A DNA stretch of 64,000 nucleotides from a virus. The position numbers and the translations under genes are program-made. The stretch covers positions 1 through 64,000 of IMG/VR virus record IMGVR_UViG_3300021356_000007, one strand, 5' to 3'. Shown here piece after piece: positions 46,892 through 57,107 of this stretch (the first letter of the stretch is position 1; every line of letters begins with the position of its first letter). The notes beneath the pieces are model-generated. The model was not told where the DNA came from. It saw only the letters and a program-made list of their open reading frames with translations, and did no database searches.

Positions 46892-46935
46892 GACTGAACT
46901 GAACTGGTTATAAAGAAACAATAAAGAGAATGGAG
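46892..46935 (+). promoter_or_regulatory. Early promoter copy 4
   Basis: GAACTGGTTATAAAGAAACAATAAAGAGAATG; TATA at 46908. Confidence 0.8.
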
Positions 46936-46943
46936 AGATTGAA

Positions 46944-47594
46944 ATGATGAAGAAATGGATTAAGAGAATGATTACAGAACTACTGGATGAGAAAGAAACT
47001 ATTGAGCAAGTCGCAGAGCATATCAGTGACAAGGTTACTGATGCTTGTGTTGCTTCTATGAGTGCACAAGATGTGGCTCATGAGATGGACTACTCAGAAG
47101 TTGCCGAACACATTAGTACTAGCGACATCGCTAGTGACTTGGCATACGACATTGATGCTGGAGAAGTTGCAGAAAACATATCACTGGATGACCTAGCATA
47201 CCACTTAGACAACGATGAGATAGCAGACTACCTTGACAAAGCAGAGGTAGCAGAAAGTATCAGACTTGACGACTTGGCTGGTGCAATTGATTACAGGAAC
47301 TTAGCAGATTACATAGACTCAGACGACATCGAAGTTGACTTGCATGACTTACAAAGTCACATTGACATGAGTGAATTGGGTGAGTACACTGCCGACCACA
47401 TTGATTACGAGTCAGTGGTTGGTGCTATGGATGACACCGCACTTTACAATCAATTGAGAGATGCGTTTGAGACTGACATCGAGCAACTTCACATCGAACT
47501 AAATAAGAAAATGAAATCACTCATTCACTGCTTCGAGTCTATAGAACTAGCAGTGACAGAGATGAGAATGACACTAGGGAGTGAAGAGGAATGA
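46944..47594 (+). CDS. Acidic ~9-aa tandem-repeat protein (possible DNA mimic)
   Basis: Repeats MDYSEVAEH/IDAGEVAEN/ISLDDLAYH/LDNDEIADY/LDKAEVAES/IRLDDLAGA/IDYRNLADY; coiled-coil tail. Confidence 0.75.
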   Translation: MMKKWIKRMITELLDEKETIEQVAEHISDKVTDACVASMSAQDVAHEMDYSEVAEHISTSDIASDLAYDIDAGEVAENISLDDLAYHLDNDEIADYLDKAEVAESIRLDDLAGAIDYRNLADYIDSDDIEVDLHDLQSHIDMSELGEYTADHIDYESVVGAMDDTALYNQLRDAFETDIEQLHIELNKKMKSLIHCFESIELAVTEMRMTLGSEEE

Positions 47595-47819
47595 GTATAC
47601 TACCACTCATCAAATACATAATGACAGGAGAGATACCTGAAGAACAAACAGAGGAGGAATGAATATGACAGAGAACACAAAGGACTGGAAAAAATACGAG
47701 AAGAAATACAACTGTACAAGGAATCAGTATAGGCGAATCGTCAACGGTGCGCCATACCAACTTGAACTTGATGGACCGTATGAAGAGTACACCGCACGAA
47801 AGGAACTGATTGGAAAGGA

Positions 47820-48806
47820 ATGAACATGGGACAGACAGAATGGAAATACAGAAGAGACCTAGCACCCAAGATTAAATGGGTGAAGACTGCTGGGCAATTG
47901 AAGTTCAAGGGTGCTGAGGCATATGACAAACAGATGCTCAAGAAACTCAAGGCTGGAGATAATCATTGGGAGAAACTCAGTCTCGACCAACTAGAAGAAC
48001 TAAAGCAATGGGCTTTAGAGAAAAGAAAATACATTTGGACTGACAACAGAAACGCAAGTTCTTATTCTAGTTACCCACAGTACATGATAGCACTAGAACC
48101 TAACATCAAACTGTCAGGGCGTTTCAAAGGTAAAAAGAATACTTTGTGCAGAAGACAGTTCAACATCGAGGAACACCTACACACGAGGACTACTACATAC
48201 AATTGGTCGTATCGCAATACTGAAGACAAAACCACTGTGAGTGTTTACAGAGGACTGTTCGATTACATAGACGACAGACTTGAGGAAGGTGAGGACTCTG
48301 TGTTCAAAGCCAATGTCGCTGAGAGAGTCAGACAAATGAATGTGAAGTACAAGGAGAATGTACAAGCAAGAGGCAGGGTCGGCATACCCGAAGAGCAAGC
48401 GACCAAATCTTACATCCTCAGACAAATGCTTGAGACAGTAAAGAGTGAAGCCATCGGAGGAAGTCAGTCATTCACTCGGAGTAATTACACTAGAGGACTA
48501 GACAGGGAAAACGATAAGGGTGGATGGAATGAAACTGTTATCCTGAGAGTCACACCTGCGTCAGACGAAGGGATTGCAGACGCACTGTACGGTGCAGTCA
48601 ATGGGACTCGTTATGATGCCATTGGCTTCAGTGACGAAGTGGAAGAGTTCGCTAAGGACATTATCATCAAGCAACACCTCACTGACTACACCAATCGTAT
48701 CAGGCTACAAGAGCAAGCATCTCAAAACTGGTGCGAAGTTATGACACAGTTAGAGACGGCACTGAAAGAAATGCTAGACGGAGTAGAGGAGTCGTGGAAA
48801 ATATGA
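47820..48806 (+). CDS. Early hypothetical protein
   Basis: 328-aa ORF, ATGA coupling. Confidence 0.75.
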   Translation: MNMGQTEWKYRRDLAPKIKWVKTAGQLKFKGAEAYDKQMLKKLKAGDNHWEKLSLDQLEELKQWALEKRKYIWTDNRNASSYSSYPQYMIALEPNIKLSGRFKGKKNTLCRRQFNIEEHLHTRTTTYNWSYRNTEDKTTVSVYRGLFDYIDDRLEEGEDSVFKANVAERVRQMNVKYKENVQARGRVGIPEEQATKSYILRQMLETVKSEAIGGSQSFTRSNYTRGLDRENDKGGWNETVILRVTPASDEGIADALYGAVNGTRYDAIGFSDEVEEFAKDIIIKQHLTDYTNRIRLQEQASQNWCEVMTQLETALKEMLDGVEESWKI

Positions 48807-49063
48807 ACACAGACAAAGAATCAGTGTGGATTACTGACGAGGAACTATTGCACAACGCTCGTATAGACATAGAGAATCAGATAGATAACGGACTGATGTA
48901 TGTGATTGGAGAAGAACCTGAACCATTCAATGACGGAGATAATCTACACACAATAGTTACTGCTCATGCTCAGTATCAAAAAGATGAGGGCAGAGCGCAC
49001 AAGATATTGTGGGAGATGTTCAGGAAAGAATACCCTCAATACTTAGGGGAGGCAATCGAATGA
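48803..49063 (+). CDS. Early small protein (start reassigned to MNTDK)
   Basis: ATGA overlap with upstream stop. Confidence 0.6.
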   Translation: MNTDKESVWITDEELLHNARIDIENQIDNGLMYVIGEEPEPFNDGDNLHTIVTAHAQYQKDEGRAHKILWEMFRKEYPQYLGEAIE

Positions 49064-49160
49064 ACACAATCCAAACAAGACATGGAAAAGCAACTCTCAT
49101 TTGTATCGCTGAGAGTGAAGACGGACAAACCGAAATGATACTACAACTGGAGGAATAAAC

Positions 49161-49841
49161 ATGCCACTAACAATAGGGATAACATTGGAGAAAGCAAACG
49201 AAAACGGAATAACAGAAACAGAAAGAATGATAGCGAACTCATTTGAGTTCGGCATTGTCTGTATGCACGCTGGTGTATGCAAACTAGAAGGTACATACTA
49301 CGGTACTAACTACAAGAAAAGACCTATCACTATTGATGAGGTACTTGAGAGATTCACTGTCGTGGAGAATGAGTTCAAGGTTCTTGAGCAAACACACAGA
49401 GGAGAAGGTGATGAGAAAATCAATGGGAAAGATTTCATCTTGAACAAGGACAACCTCATCAGGCTACACAATGCTGGCTGGGAATGCAACGCTGGCTGGA
49501 AGTCAAGTGAGGAATTCATTTGGCACATGGGTAGGTTGGCTGTGGAGAATGTGTTCAAGAACACTGAGCATCTAGGCTACGAACAAACCTATGACACATA
49601 CGATGACTACCTGAAAAGAAAGAGAGTACCTGCTCATGTTGTAGGTATGCTATTGACTGGTGAGAAGAAAATGTTCTTCGACACTGACAAGGAATTCGCT
49701 GAAATGATTATCGAAGAAGGTAACATGTACGACCAGTACTGGAACAAGTCATTCTATCAAGATGCTAATGGTACTGACTGGTACTTGCACTGGCACGATG
49801 ATGGTACATTCACAATCGACACAAGTAAACAGGAGGAATGA
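49161..49841 (+). CDS. Early hypothetical protein
   Basis: GGAGG SD, 226 aa. Confidence 0.75.
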   Translation: MPLTIGITLEKANENGITETERMIANSFEFGIVCMHAGVCKLEGTYYGTNYKKRPITIDEVLERFTVVENEFKVLEQTHRGEGDEKINGKDFILNKDNLIRLHNAGWECNAGWKSSEEFIWHMGRLAVENVFKNTEHLGYEQTYDTYDDYLKRKRVPAHVVGMLLTGEKKMFFDTDKEFAEMIIEEGNMYDQYWNKSFYQDANGTDWYLHWHDDGTFTIDTSKQEE

Positions 49842-50095
49842 ATATGGGAGGCGCATGGAGAAACATGGTAAGAGTAGCCTGTTATGTTTCCATAGACATC
49901 TATGATTGGGGTAAGAATGAGATAGAGTTAATGGTAGAAGATATACGGTGTGTAGAAACTGTAGTTGATTTCTTGAGAGCATATCAAAGCACATTTGGTG
50001 TTGATATGAAAGATAAAATCGAATGGGCTTTCTTAGCCGATATAAAGATACAAGAGGAATACTATGCTTCGAAAGAAAAGGAGGAGGAAGAATGA
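49838..50095 (+). CDS. Early small protein
   Basis: GGAGG SD, ATGA coupling. Confidence 0.6.
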   Translation: MNMGGAWRNMVRVACYVSIDIYDWGKNEIELMVEDIRCVETVVDFLRAYQSTFGVDMKDKIEWAFLADIKIQEEYYASKEKEEEE

Positions 50096-50520
50096 GAGCC
50101 TTCCCCTACTCAAAACACAGGAGAACGGTTGAGATTTCTAACCACCAATATGTACTCAAGCAACTCATGAACAAGTTCAAACTAACTGACTATCAGATAG
50201 TCAGGTACGAAGATGAGGACTGGATAGAAGTCAAAGAGTCGCAAGGTGCATACGAATTCATACAACAGTGCATGAAGGCAGAGGAACAATACCCTGTCCT
50301 AAATGATATGCACTACGCAGAACTTGAGTGGGCTGGAATCGTTGACGCTATGCGTAGCAGGGCGAAGTCATTGGGCACTATCATCGTCTCCATCGAGGAC
50401 TTCCATGACGCACTAATAGACCACTCTATCGAGATAATAGAGGACACCCCACAGAAGTACATTGTACTATGTGGTGACGACACCTTCCTGAAAATACTGA
50501 ACGGAGATGAAGAAGAATGA
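50092..50520 (+). CDS. Early hypothetical protein (start reassigned to MRAFP)
   Basis: GGAGGAGG SD, ATGA coupling; YPVLNDMHYAELE motif. Confidence 0.65.
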   Translation: MRAFPYSKHRRTVEISNHQYVLKQLMNKFKLTDYQIVRYEDEDWIEVKESQGAYEFIQQCMKAEEQYPVLNDMHYAELEWAGIVDAMRSRAKSLGTIIVSIEDFHDALIDHSIEIIEDTPQKYIVLCGDDTFLKILNGDEEE

Positions 50521-50756
50521 ATGATGCTGAAAAGGAATTAGTTGAAAGGTTGTTCGCAGAAGTCGAAAGACTGCAAGCAATAGTCGAAGAAGATAACGAA
50601 GTGCTGAGGAATTCGATAGATACTATCGCAGAACTGCGTATTCAGAACAGGCGACTGCGTTCAATTGCAGATGACTTGTATGCTTACATTGTAAGTGATG
50701 CAGATATTTCACTAAAGGTGATTGAAGAACAGATGGACTGGAGGGAAGAAGAATGA
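50517..50756 (+). CDS. Coiled-coil small protein (LxAEVxRL family)
   Basis: LFAEVERLQ. Confidence 0.65.
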   Translation: MNDAEKELVERLFAEVERLQAIVEEDNEVLRNSIDTIAELRIQNRRLRSIADDLYAYIVSDADISLKVIEEQMDWREEE

Positions 50757-50980
50757 TTGACACAGACAAATTGATAAATTGGTTGAGAGAATATCTGGAC
50801 TTATTAGAGAAAGAAGTCAAGGGGTTGCGTAGAGATAGGGACTTGTTATGGGATGCTATACGCTTTGCAGGAACAGGCGGTAATCAAGAAGAAGAAATCG
50901 CTTTTTGGCATGAGAAACTTCTCAATATGAATGAAGCCGAATTGAAAAAGGCTCTCAAAGAACACTACGGGGATGATTGA
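50753..50980 (+). CDS. MIDTDK-family small protein
   Basis: MIDTDKL...LLEKEVKGLR. Confidence 0.65.
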   Translation: MIDTDKLINWLREYLDLLEKEVKGLRRDRDLLWDAIRFAGTGGNQEEEIAFWHEKLLNMNEAELKKALKEHYGDD

Positions 50981-51229
50981 ATGATTGACACAGACAAATA
51001 CGAAGGACTCACACATGACGAAGCGTTAGAAGTTTGGAACACAAAAGGCATACCTATGGGTAGGTGCGATTATTGTTTGGGCTTCTTTCCTATGACACAT
51101 TTCAATTCATTGAATGCACAAAAGCACATCACTTTTCAAGACGAGATTTGCGTTAAGTGCTTTGAAGAAAAGAAAAGAACAGGCGGTTATTCTAAAGAAC
51201 AATTGAAACTATGGGGTGAAGAAGAATGA
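50981..51229 (+). CDS. MIDTDK-family small protein with Zn finger
   Basis: MIDTDKYEG...CDYC...CVKC. Confidence 0.65.
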   Translation: MIDTDKYEGLTHDEALEVWNTKGIPMGRCDYCLGFFPMTHFNSLNAQKHITFQDEICVKCFEEKKRTGGYSKEQLKLWGEEE

Positions 51230-51507
51230 TTGACACAGACAAATACGAAAGGATGAGACTACTGTTCCTTGACTTCATTGATACTGCTTCTGATGAAGTA
51301 GACGAGGAAGCATGGAAAGACAAACTAACAGCACTCGATGAACTACTCGCAGAAGTCAAGCGACTACAAAAGAAAGTCAGGAAACTCAACTGGGTACTAA
51401 CCGACCTTGATGAAAAGATACGGAACTACGAAAGTCATGTTGAACTCATGAAGGCATTTGAGCAAGGGCTAGAGTTACCTGAGACTTGGAAGGAGATGGT
51501 CGAATGA
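51226..51507 (+). CDS. MIDTDK-family small protein
   Basis: MIDTDKYE...LLAEVKRLQ. Confidence 0.65.
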   Translation: MIDTDKYERMRLLFLDFIDTASDEVDEEAWKDKLTALDELLAEVKRLQKKVRKLNWVLTDLDEKIRNYESHVELMKAFEQGLELPETWKEMVE

Positions 51508-51671
51508 CTGAGAAACACTGTGCTTACTGCGAAGAAGTAATTCAAGGGGAAGCAACGATGACTACATACGGAACACCGTATCATCACTACTGCGCTGACA
51601 AATTGATTGAAATGAAGCATCGAGGCTACGATGGTCTTGACGAAGAAGATATTGCATATTGGGGTGATTAA
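51504..51671 (+). CDS. Small Zn-finger protein
   Basis: ATGA coupling; CAYC...HHYC. Confidence 0.55.
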   Translation: MTEKHCAYCEEVIQGEATMTTYGTPYHHYCADKLIEMKHRGYDGLDEEDIAYWGD

Positions 51672-51672
51672 A

Positions 51673-51963
51673 ATGACCGACAAACCCGAATGGGCTGAAT
51701 GCACCAAAGAAGAAGATTACCACAGATACATGTCCGACTGGAAGGATGTAATAGTTATGCACTTGATTGGTGGCTACGGTGTTCTTGAATGGCAGTATTA
51801 TCAACACATGGTTAACCATGCAGGATGGTGTCCTGTTTGTTTAAGACCCGATGATGGTGATGGTAGTTCGAAGTATTGGCAAGGCAGAACACTGGGTAAA
51901 GACGAAGATGGTAACTACGAATGTTTTTACTGCGATGAAAGAGAGGTGAATGAAAATGATTGA
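51673..51963 (+). CDS. Small Zn-finger protein
   Basis: GGGGTGA SD; CPVC...CFYC. Confidence 0.6.
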   Translation: MTDKPEWAECTKEEDYHRYMSDWKDVIVMHLIGGYGVLEWQYYQHMVNHAGWCPVCLRPDDGDGSSKYWQGRTLGKDEDGNYECFYCDEREVNEND

Positions 51964-52318
51964 ATGTAATTTAACAAGAGAAGAATTGATTGACGAGTGT
52001 TTGAGACTATGGGAAGGGATAGACTATCTAATGCGCTATGCACCGAATACTATTGGAGTCAATGTCAAATACGGATGGAGAGTATCGGAATGCTTACAGC
52101 GTGATAAGTTTGTGGAAGAAGGCGGTGAAGATATTCTTTACGGTGATGTATACGAGCAAAAACACACTAGCGACTTTGCGCCTGAATCTATGCAAGAAAG
52201 ATATGCAACACTTCCCCCAAGAGATTTCTTTTGGAAAAGATTAGAGAAAGCGATAGACGAAAGCGCAAGGCTAGGAAAGAAACGATGGGAAAAAGCAAGA
52301 AAGGAGATAGAAGAATGA
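51950..52318 (+). CDS. Early hypothetical protein
   Basis: GAGGTGA SD. Confidence 0.6.
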   Translation: MKMIECNLTREELIDECLRLWEGIDYLMRYAPNTIGVNVKYGWRVSECLQRDKFVEEGGEDILYGDVYEQKHTSDFAPESMQERYATLPPRDFFWKRLEKAIDESARLGKKRWEKARKEIEE

Positions 52319-52554
52319 TTGACGATAGCAAATTCACATACGAAAAGGACTGGACTGAAATCTTTCAATTGCTAGAGTTCGCTGAGGCTGAAAGAGCGAA
52401 GCACAAGAGATTAATTCATGACAAGGACACTACGATGAAAGACAGAGCCAAACACATGAGAGATTACAAGGGGTTGCAGGGTGTCTGCTATTCACTTAGA
52501 TGGGTGATGGGCGACCCACAAATCAGCCTAAACAAAGTACTAGGGAGAGAATGA
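52315..52554 (+). CDS. Early hypothetical protein (start reassigned to MIDDSK)
   Basis: GGAGA SD, ATGA coupling; YKGLQGVCYSLRWVMGD. Confidence 0.65.
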   Translation: MIDDSKFTYEKDWTEIFQLLEFAEAERAKHKRLIHDKDTTMKDRAKHMRDYKGLQGVCYSLRWVMGDPQISLNKVLGRE

Positions 52555-52952
52555 AAATGGAAAAAGAGAGTATGTATTTCATATTTGCAGATGGAAAAGA
52601 CCACATAATAGCAGAAGGCGAGGAAGAAGAACACTATGTCACTATGACATGGCATCTTCCTTATTCCGAGATTAGGGATTATGTGAATGAATGGACTGAT
52701 AGTTTGAGGGAAGACCAAGAATGGAGGCGTAGCCCTTATGAGATTGCCCACAAATTCGCATACGGCAAGTGGGAAGATGAACCCTACGGTATGAATTGGG
52801 CTGAATGCGTAAAGGATGCAATAATTAGTCGTCTTAGAACATCCGATGGTTACTCAACAAGTGTTACCTATGATTTGAACGAACCAATGACAAAAGCGGA
52901 GATAAGGTCATTCCTCACAGGAATTGATGAAAGGTATCTAACTAGGAGATGA
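52551..52952 (+). CDS. Early hypothetical protein (start reassigned)
   Basis: GGGAGA SD, ATGA coupling. Confidence 0.65.
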   Translation: MKMEKESMYFIFADGKDHIIAEGEEEEHYVTMTWHLPYSEIRDYVNEWTDSLREDQEWRRSPYEIAHKFAYGKWEDEPYGMNWAECVKDAIISRLRTSDGYSTSVTYDLNEPMTKAEIRSFLTGIDERYLTRR

Positions 52953-52956
52953 AAGA

Positions 52957-53256
52957 ATGATTGACACAGATAAATACGAAGGACACTTGATAGACAAAGC
53001 AGTAGAGGACAACTCACAAGTTTGGGTTTGGAAGAATTGGATGCTCAAGAATGCTGAAACGATTGAACAACACAGGGCTACCTCCGCACTACTGAATGAC
53101 GCACCACTTCTCTTAGAAGAAGTCAAGCGGTTGTGTAAAGGTATTTGTGGCATTTTATCGGACTATGACATTACTGAACTTATCCGTGATGTTCCCGAAG
53201 AGGAATGGAACTTTGAGCAACGAGCATTAGTGCGAATGAAGGAGTTGATTGAATGA
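52957..53256 (+). CDS. MIDTDK-family small protein
   Basis: MIDTDKYEGH...LLNDAPLLLEEVKRL. Confidence 0.7.
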   Translation: MIDTDKYEGHLIDKAVEDNSQVWVWKNWMLKNAETIEQHRATSALLNDAPLLLEEVKRLCKGICGILSDYDITELIRDVPEEEWNFEQRALVRMKELIE

Positions 53257-53267
53257 CTGACAAATCC

Positions 53268-53302
53268 AAACTGGTTATAAAGAAACAATAAAGATAATGA
53301 GG
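53268..53302 (+). promoter_or_regulatory. Early promoter copy 5
   Basis: AAACTGGTTATAAAGAAACAATAAAGATAATG; TATA at 53275. Confidence 0.8.
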
Positions 53303-53309
53303 GAGACAA

Positions 53310-53699
53310 ATGACAACGACAAAGAATACACTTAGAAAAGAACTCCGTAAGATACAGGAGAAGATGGAACTACTATCGGATTTCGAGAGTTACAATTTCG
53401 AACACAAGACTTGCGAAAACAACGAACATGAATGGGCAAACCCTGAAGTCATATCGCACGAGGCAGGTTGTATCAAAACAAGTGATACTTGCAGACTTTG
53501 TGGCGTGACGACCATCAGGATATACAACCTAGACAAAGTCGTATACGAAGATGACTACGAGGAATTCAGAGACGAATCCCTCGACCAAGAAACCACAGAA
53601 ACAGATGACAAACCTACACTTCCACTGGAGAAAACCAGCCAAAGCGATGGCACATACAAAGTGGATGTTGCTAGTATTTTAGGGAGAGATGAAGAATGA
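53310..53699 (+). CDS. Early protein with C-x4-H...CxxC site
   Basis: GGGAGA SD; CENNEHEW...CRLCG. Confidence 0.7.
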   Translation: MTTTKNTLRKELRKIQEKMELLSDFESYNFEHKTCENNEHEWANPEVISHEAGCIKTSDTCRLCGVTTIRIYNLDKVVYEDDYEEFRDESLDQETTETDDKPTLPLEKTSQSDGTYKVDVASILGRDEE

Positions 53700-53896
53700 A
53701 TGAGAAGGAACAAGAGTTACGGGAAATAGAGGAACTGGCTAAGTTGGCTGATGAAGTAGAAGGAATGGTAAGCCATCTCCTAGAAGAGATGAGACATCAT
53801 GACTTCCAAGAGCCACACGGCTGGCTGTCACAGATAGTCCACGAACTGAGGACAGAGATTGAACAGAAGCACAAAGAACTGGAGGCGAAAGAATGA
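53696..53896 (+). CDS. Small helical acidic protein
   Basis: ATGA coupling. Confidence 0.6.
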   Translation: MNEKEQELREIEELAKLADEVEGMVSHLLEEMRHHDFQEPHGWLSQIVHELRTEIEQKHKELEAKE

Positions 53897-54072
53897 GACA
53901 ACTAGCAAGAGGGGCGGCAAGCATCCGTATGGAACTCACAGATGGACAACTATTAGTATTCCACGGTGATGACGGTATCAAGTTACATCAAAGACCAATC
54001 TACGAAGGAGAGTGGGATGAACTTTGGAACTGGATAAGAACTACACCGGAAGAACTGGAGGCGAAAGAATGA
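53893..54072 (+). CDS. 59-aa protein bracketed by 24-bp direct repeats (below track cutoff)
   Basis: MRQLARGAAS...EELEAKE-stop; ATGA overlaps at both ends. Confidence 0.6.
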   Translation: MRQLARGAASIRMELTDGQLLVFHGDDGIKLHQRPIYEGEWDELWNWIRTTPEELEAKE

Positions 54073-54485
54073 GGCAACTAATTAGCATAGACGAAATACA
54101 AAGACTCGGATTGACAAAGGAGATGATACCGCCACAGAAAGGGTATCAACTGGATGCAATGTATGCCTTTGACTTGAGCGAAACTCAGCGAAACGGCAAG
54201 AGAGATGAACTGCTTGAGGATGGCTATACTGAGGAACAGATAGTATGGGAAGTAGTCGAAGGTAACACACTCCTTTGGCTACCTATTGACCCTGACAGAA
54301 AATACAGGAACATCAGACTCACTTTCACGAACGACTCATACTCATCCTGCGCCCTGCCGTGGGAGACAGATACGACACTCTACGATATTGCTTACTGGAA
54401 TGAAAGTGAGGAAGACATCAGTTACCTCATCGGACAACTGGAAGAGGCTTGTGCAGAAATAGTGAAGAAATGGAATGGTGAATAA
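54069..54485 (+). CDS. Early acidic protein (start reassigned to MRQLIS)
   Basis: GGAGGCG SD, ATGA coupling. Confidence 0.65.
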   Translation: MRQLISIDEIQRLGLTKEMIPPQKGYQLDAMYAFDLSETQRNGKRDELLEDGYTEEQIVWEVVEGNTLLWLPIDPDRKYRNIRLTFTNDSYSSCALPWETDTTLYDIAYWNESEEDISYLIGQLEEACAEIVKKWNGE

Positions 54486-55001
54486 GAATGAAGGTGAAAC
54501 AAAGAAATTGGCTAGAAATAGTGATGAAGGTATTCGAAGCACAGAGAGAGATGTACCACCAAATTGATGAGTCTCGTGGGTTAGACCTATCCGATTTGAG
54601 CGAGCAAGAGAAAATGGAATGGATAGCAGATTTAATAGAGTGTGAACAAAGATGACTACACTACCAAAAGATATGATTGGGATAAAAATGGAACCCATTT
54701 GGGAAAATGAATACTATGAAATTAACTTTGAAGATTTTTCGGATGAAGAATTGATAGATTTGAGAAATTGGATAAATAAATATCTATCATTTAGATTAAT
54801 AATAGAAGTAATAGGAGATGAATGAATGAGCGAAACAGAACAGACAGTAAATGAGATAAGAGAACATCTCGAAGATGCAGTACATCTAGCCCACTCTCTG
54901 ATGATGGCTCTTGAAATGAAAGATAGTGACTACAGTTACTTCAACAACACAGTCGCAGCACTAGAGATGATGCTATCAAGAACAGTACTAGGTGAATAGA
55001 T

Positions 55002-57107
55002 ATGGAGATAGTAACCACAGTAGTCTACAAGAATGACTACGGTGACGAGAGGCTGGGTCTCAAGTACAATTACAACCCTGACACAAATGAAATGCTCAAA
55101 GCCAATCTTAGATTTCCTAAGTTCGCTTGGGACAAAGACAGAAAGATGTGGAATGTTGAGAACAACAAATCAGTAATCAAACAACTGTGTGACACACTCG
55201 ATGCGATTGGTCGCTATGATACATCGGCAATCAGAGACTACGCAGAGGTGTACTCCACTGATGCACCCAGCAGAAGTGACTGCTGGACTAAAGTGAAGCG
55301 CACCCGTATGTATCTGAACTGGCCTTGGATTAACGACCCTGACTTGAGAGATGATGTCAGACTCGCAGTGAAGAGTATCAGTGGTAGCCGGTGGCACAAT
55401 GCGGAGAAAAGTTGGTCTATACCTACGCCACAGGCTACCACCCTACACGGACTGCTAGAGGACTTGTACCCACCACTGGCTGAAGCAATCATCAGCAACG
55501 AGGACATCAAGGAAGCAGTAGTCAAGAGCATTGAGCGTGTCAAGATAAGCGGTGCTAAGCAACTAGACGAAGCAACACAACTTGACATTGACAGCAGACT
55601 GGCTGGTAAATTCCCTGAAGGTCTTGACCTCTACCCGTTCCAAAAGGTAGCGGTGGCTTTCGCAGAGATGGCTGGCGGTAGGTGTTTGATTGGTGACGAG
55701 ATGGGCATTGGTAAAACAATCAGTGCTATCGGTTACTCAGCCTTGCACCCTGAAGCGAGACCAGCGATTGTTCTTTGTCCTTCGAATGTAAAGTTCAACT
55801 GGAAGAAGGAACTGAACAAGTGGTTACCTACTGAATCAGTGCATGTAGTGCAACCTGACAACGAACTGAAGGTTCAGTACTTCAAGGACATCGCTGAATC
55901 TCTAGGAGGTACAGGAGAACAAATCAGAACTGGCAACAATGCCAAGAAGTACATCAAGTCAAAGGGTTTCAATCCTATGACATACATACCCAAGTGTGAT
56001 TTCGTAGTTGTCAACTACGATGTGATTGAGAAGTTCAAGGACTCACTCATCGACATATCACCGAAACTAATCATACTCGATGAGAGCCACTACATCAAGA
56101 ACAGTGGCTCTAATAACAAACCTGTTCAGAGGACTGTGGCTACGCTAGAAGTGTGTAGTTACATTGAGAAGGTAATCGCACTATCAGGTACAGCGATTGC
56201 AAGTAGACCGAAGGAGTTCTTCAACACATTGAACCTACTCAACCCTGCTCTGTTCAGGAGTGAATGGGATTTCAAGCAGAGGTACTGTGACCCTTTCCAT
56301 AACGGAATCGGATGGGACTTCAATGGCGCATCCAATACCAAAGAACTGAATGAGAGAACAAGAGACCTGTGTATCAGGAGACTCAAGAGCGAAGTACTAC
56401 CTGAACTCCCACCAAAGACTAGAACATTCTTACCGATTGTACTGGACAAGGCTACTAGAAGCCCTTACGACTCAGCACAAGATGAGTGGGACAAGAAGAT
56501 TGACAGTTATTATCTCAACGGTCAACCCCTACCAGCAGGTACGATGCTGAACATGATTAACGACTTGCGTCACATGTGCGGTCACATCAAAGTCAATTAC
56601 GCAGTTGGTTGGATTAACCAGTACCGTGAACAAACAGGTAAGCCGATTGTAGTATTCACGCATCACTGAGATGTTCTCAGTCGTTTGGCTGAGAAGATGA
56701 GCAATGTCAAAACCATCACAGGTGACACACCTTCGCACACTAGACAGGAGATAGTCGATGACTTCCAAGCAGGCAACATCGGTGTACTCATCTGTAACAC
56801 AGTCGCAGCGAAGGAAGGTATCACACTCACTAGAGCAGACACAGTTCTGTTCCTAGAGCGTGAATGGACTCCTACTGACGAAGAACAAGCAGAGGACAGA
56901 GTGTATCGTATTGGGCAAGAGAGCCAGCATGTACACGCTGTCTATCTGTCATGCGAAGGGACAATTGATGAACACTTTGACAGAGTCATTGAGTCTAAGA
57001 GAGCAGTAGTCAAAGCAGTGCTGGATGGCGGAGATGTAGAACAGCGAAAGGGATTGGTCGCCCAACTTGTCAAGCGACTACAACAAGAGAGAGGTTGGAA
57101 GATATGA
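55002..57107 (+). pseudogene. SNF2/SMARCAL1-like helicase with two HARP-like domains, interrupted by one in-frame TGA (56667-56669)
   Basis: LYPFQ, GDEMGIGKT, DESH, LSGT, IRRLKSEVLPELPPK; VVFTHH-TGA-DVL continues in frame into EGITLT...WTP...QAEDRVYRIGQ. Confidence 0.8.

Noticed and set aside
56667-56669. Genome-wide TGA reassignment
   Set aside because: TGA is the commonest stop here (many ATGA overlaps) and other conserved genes are uninterrupted
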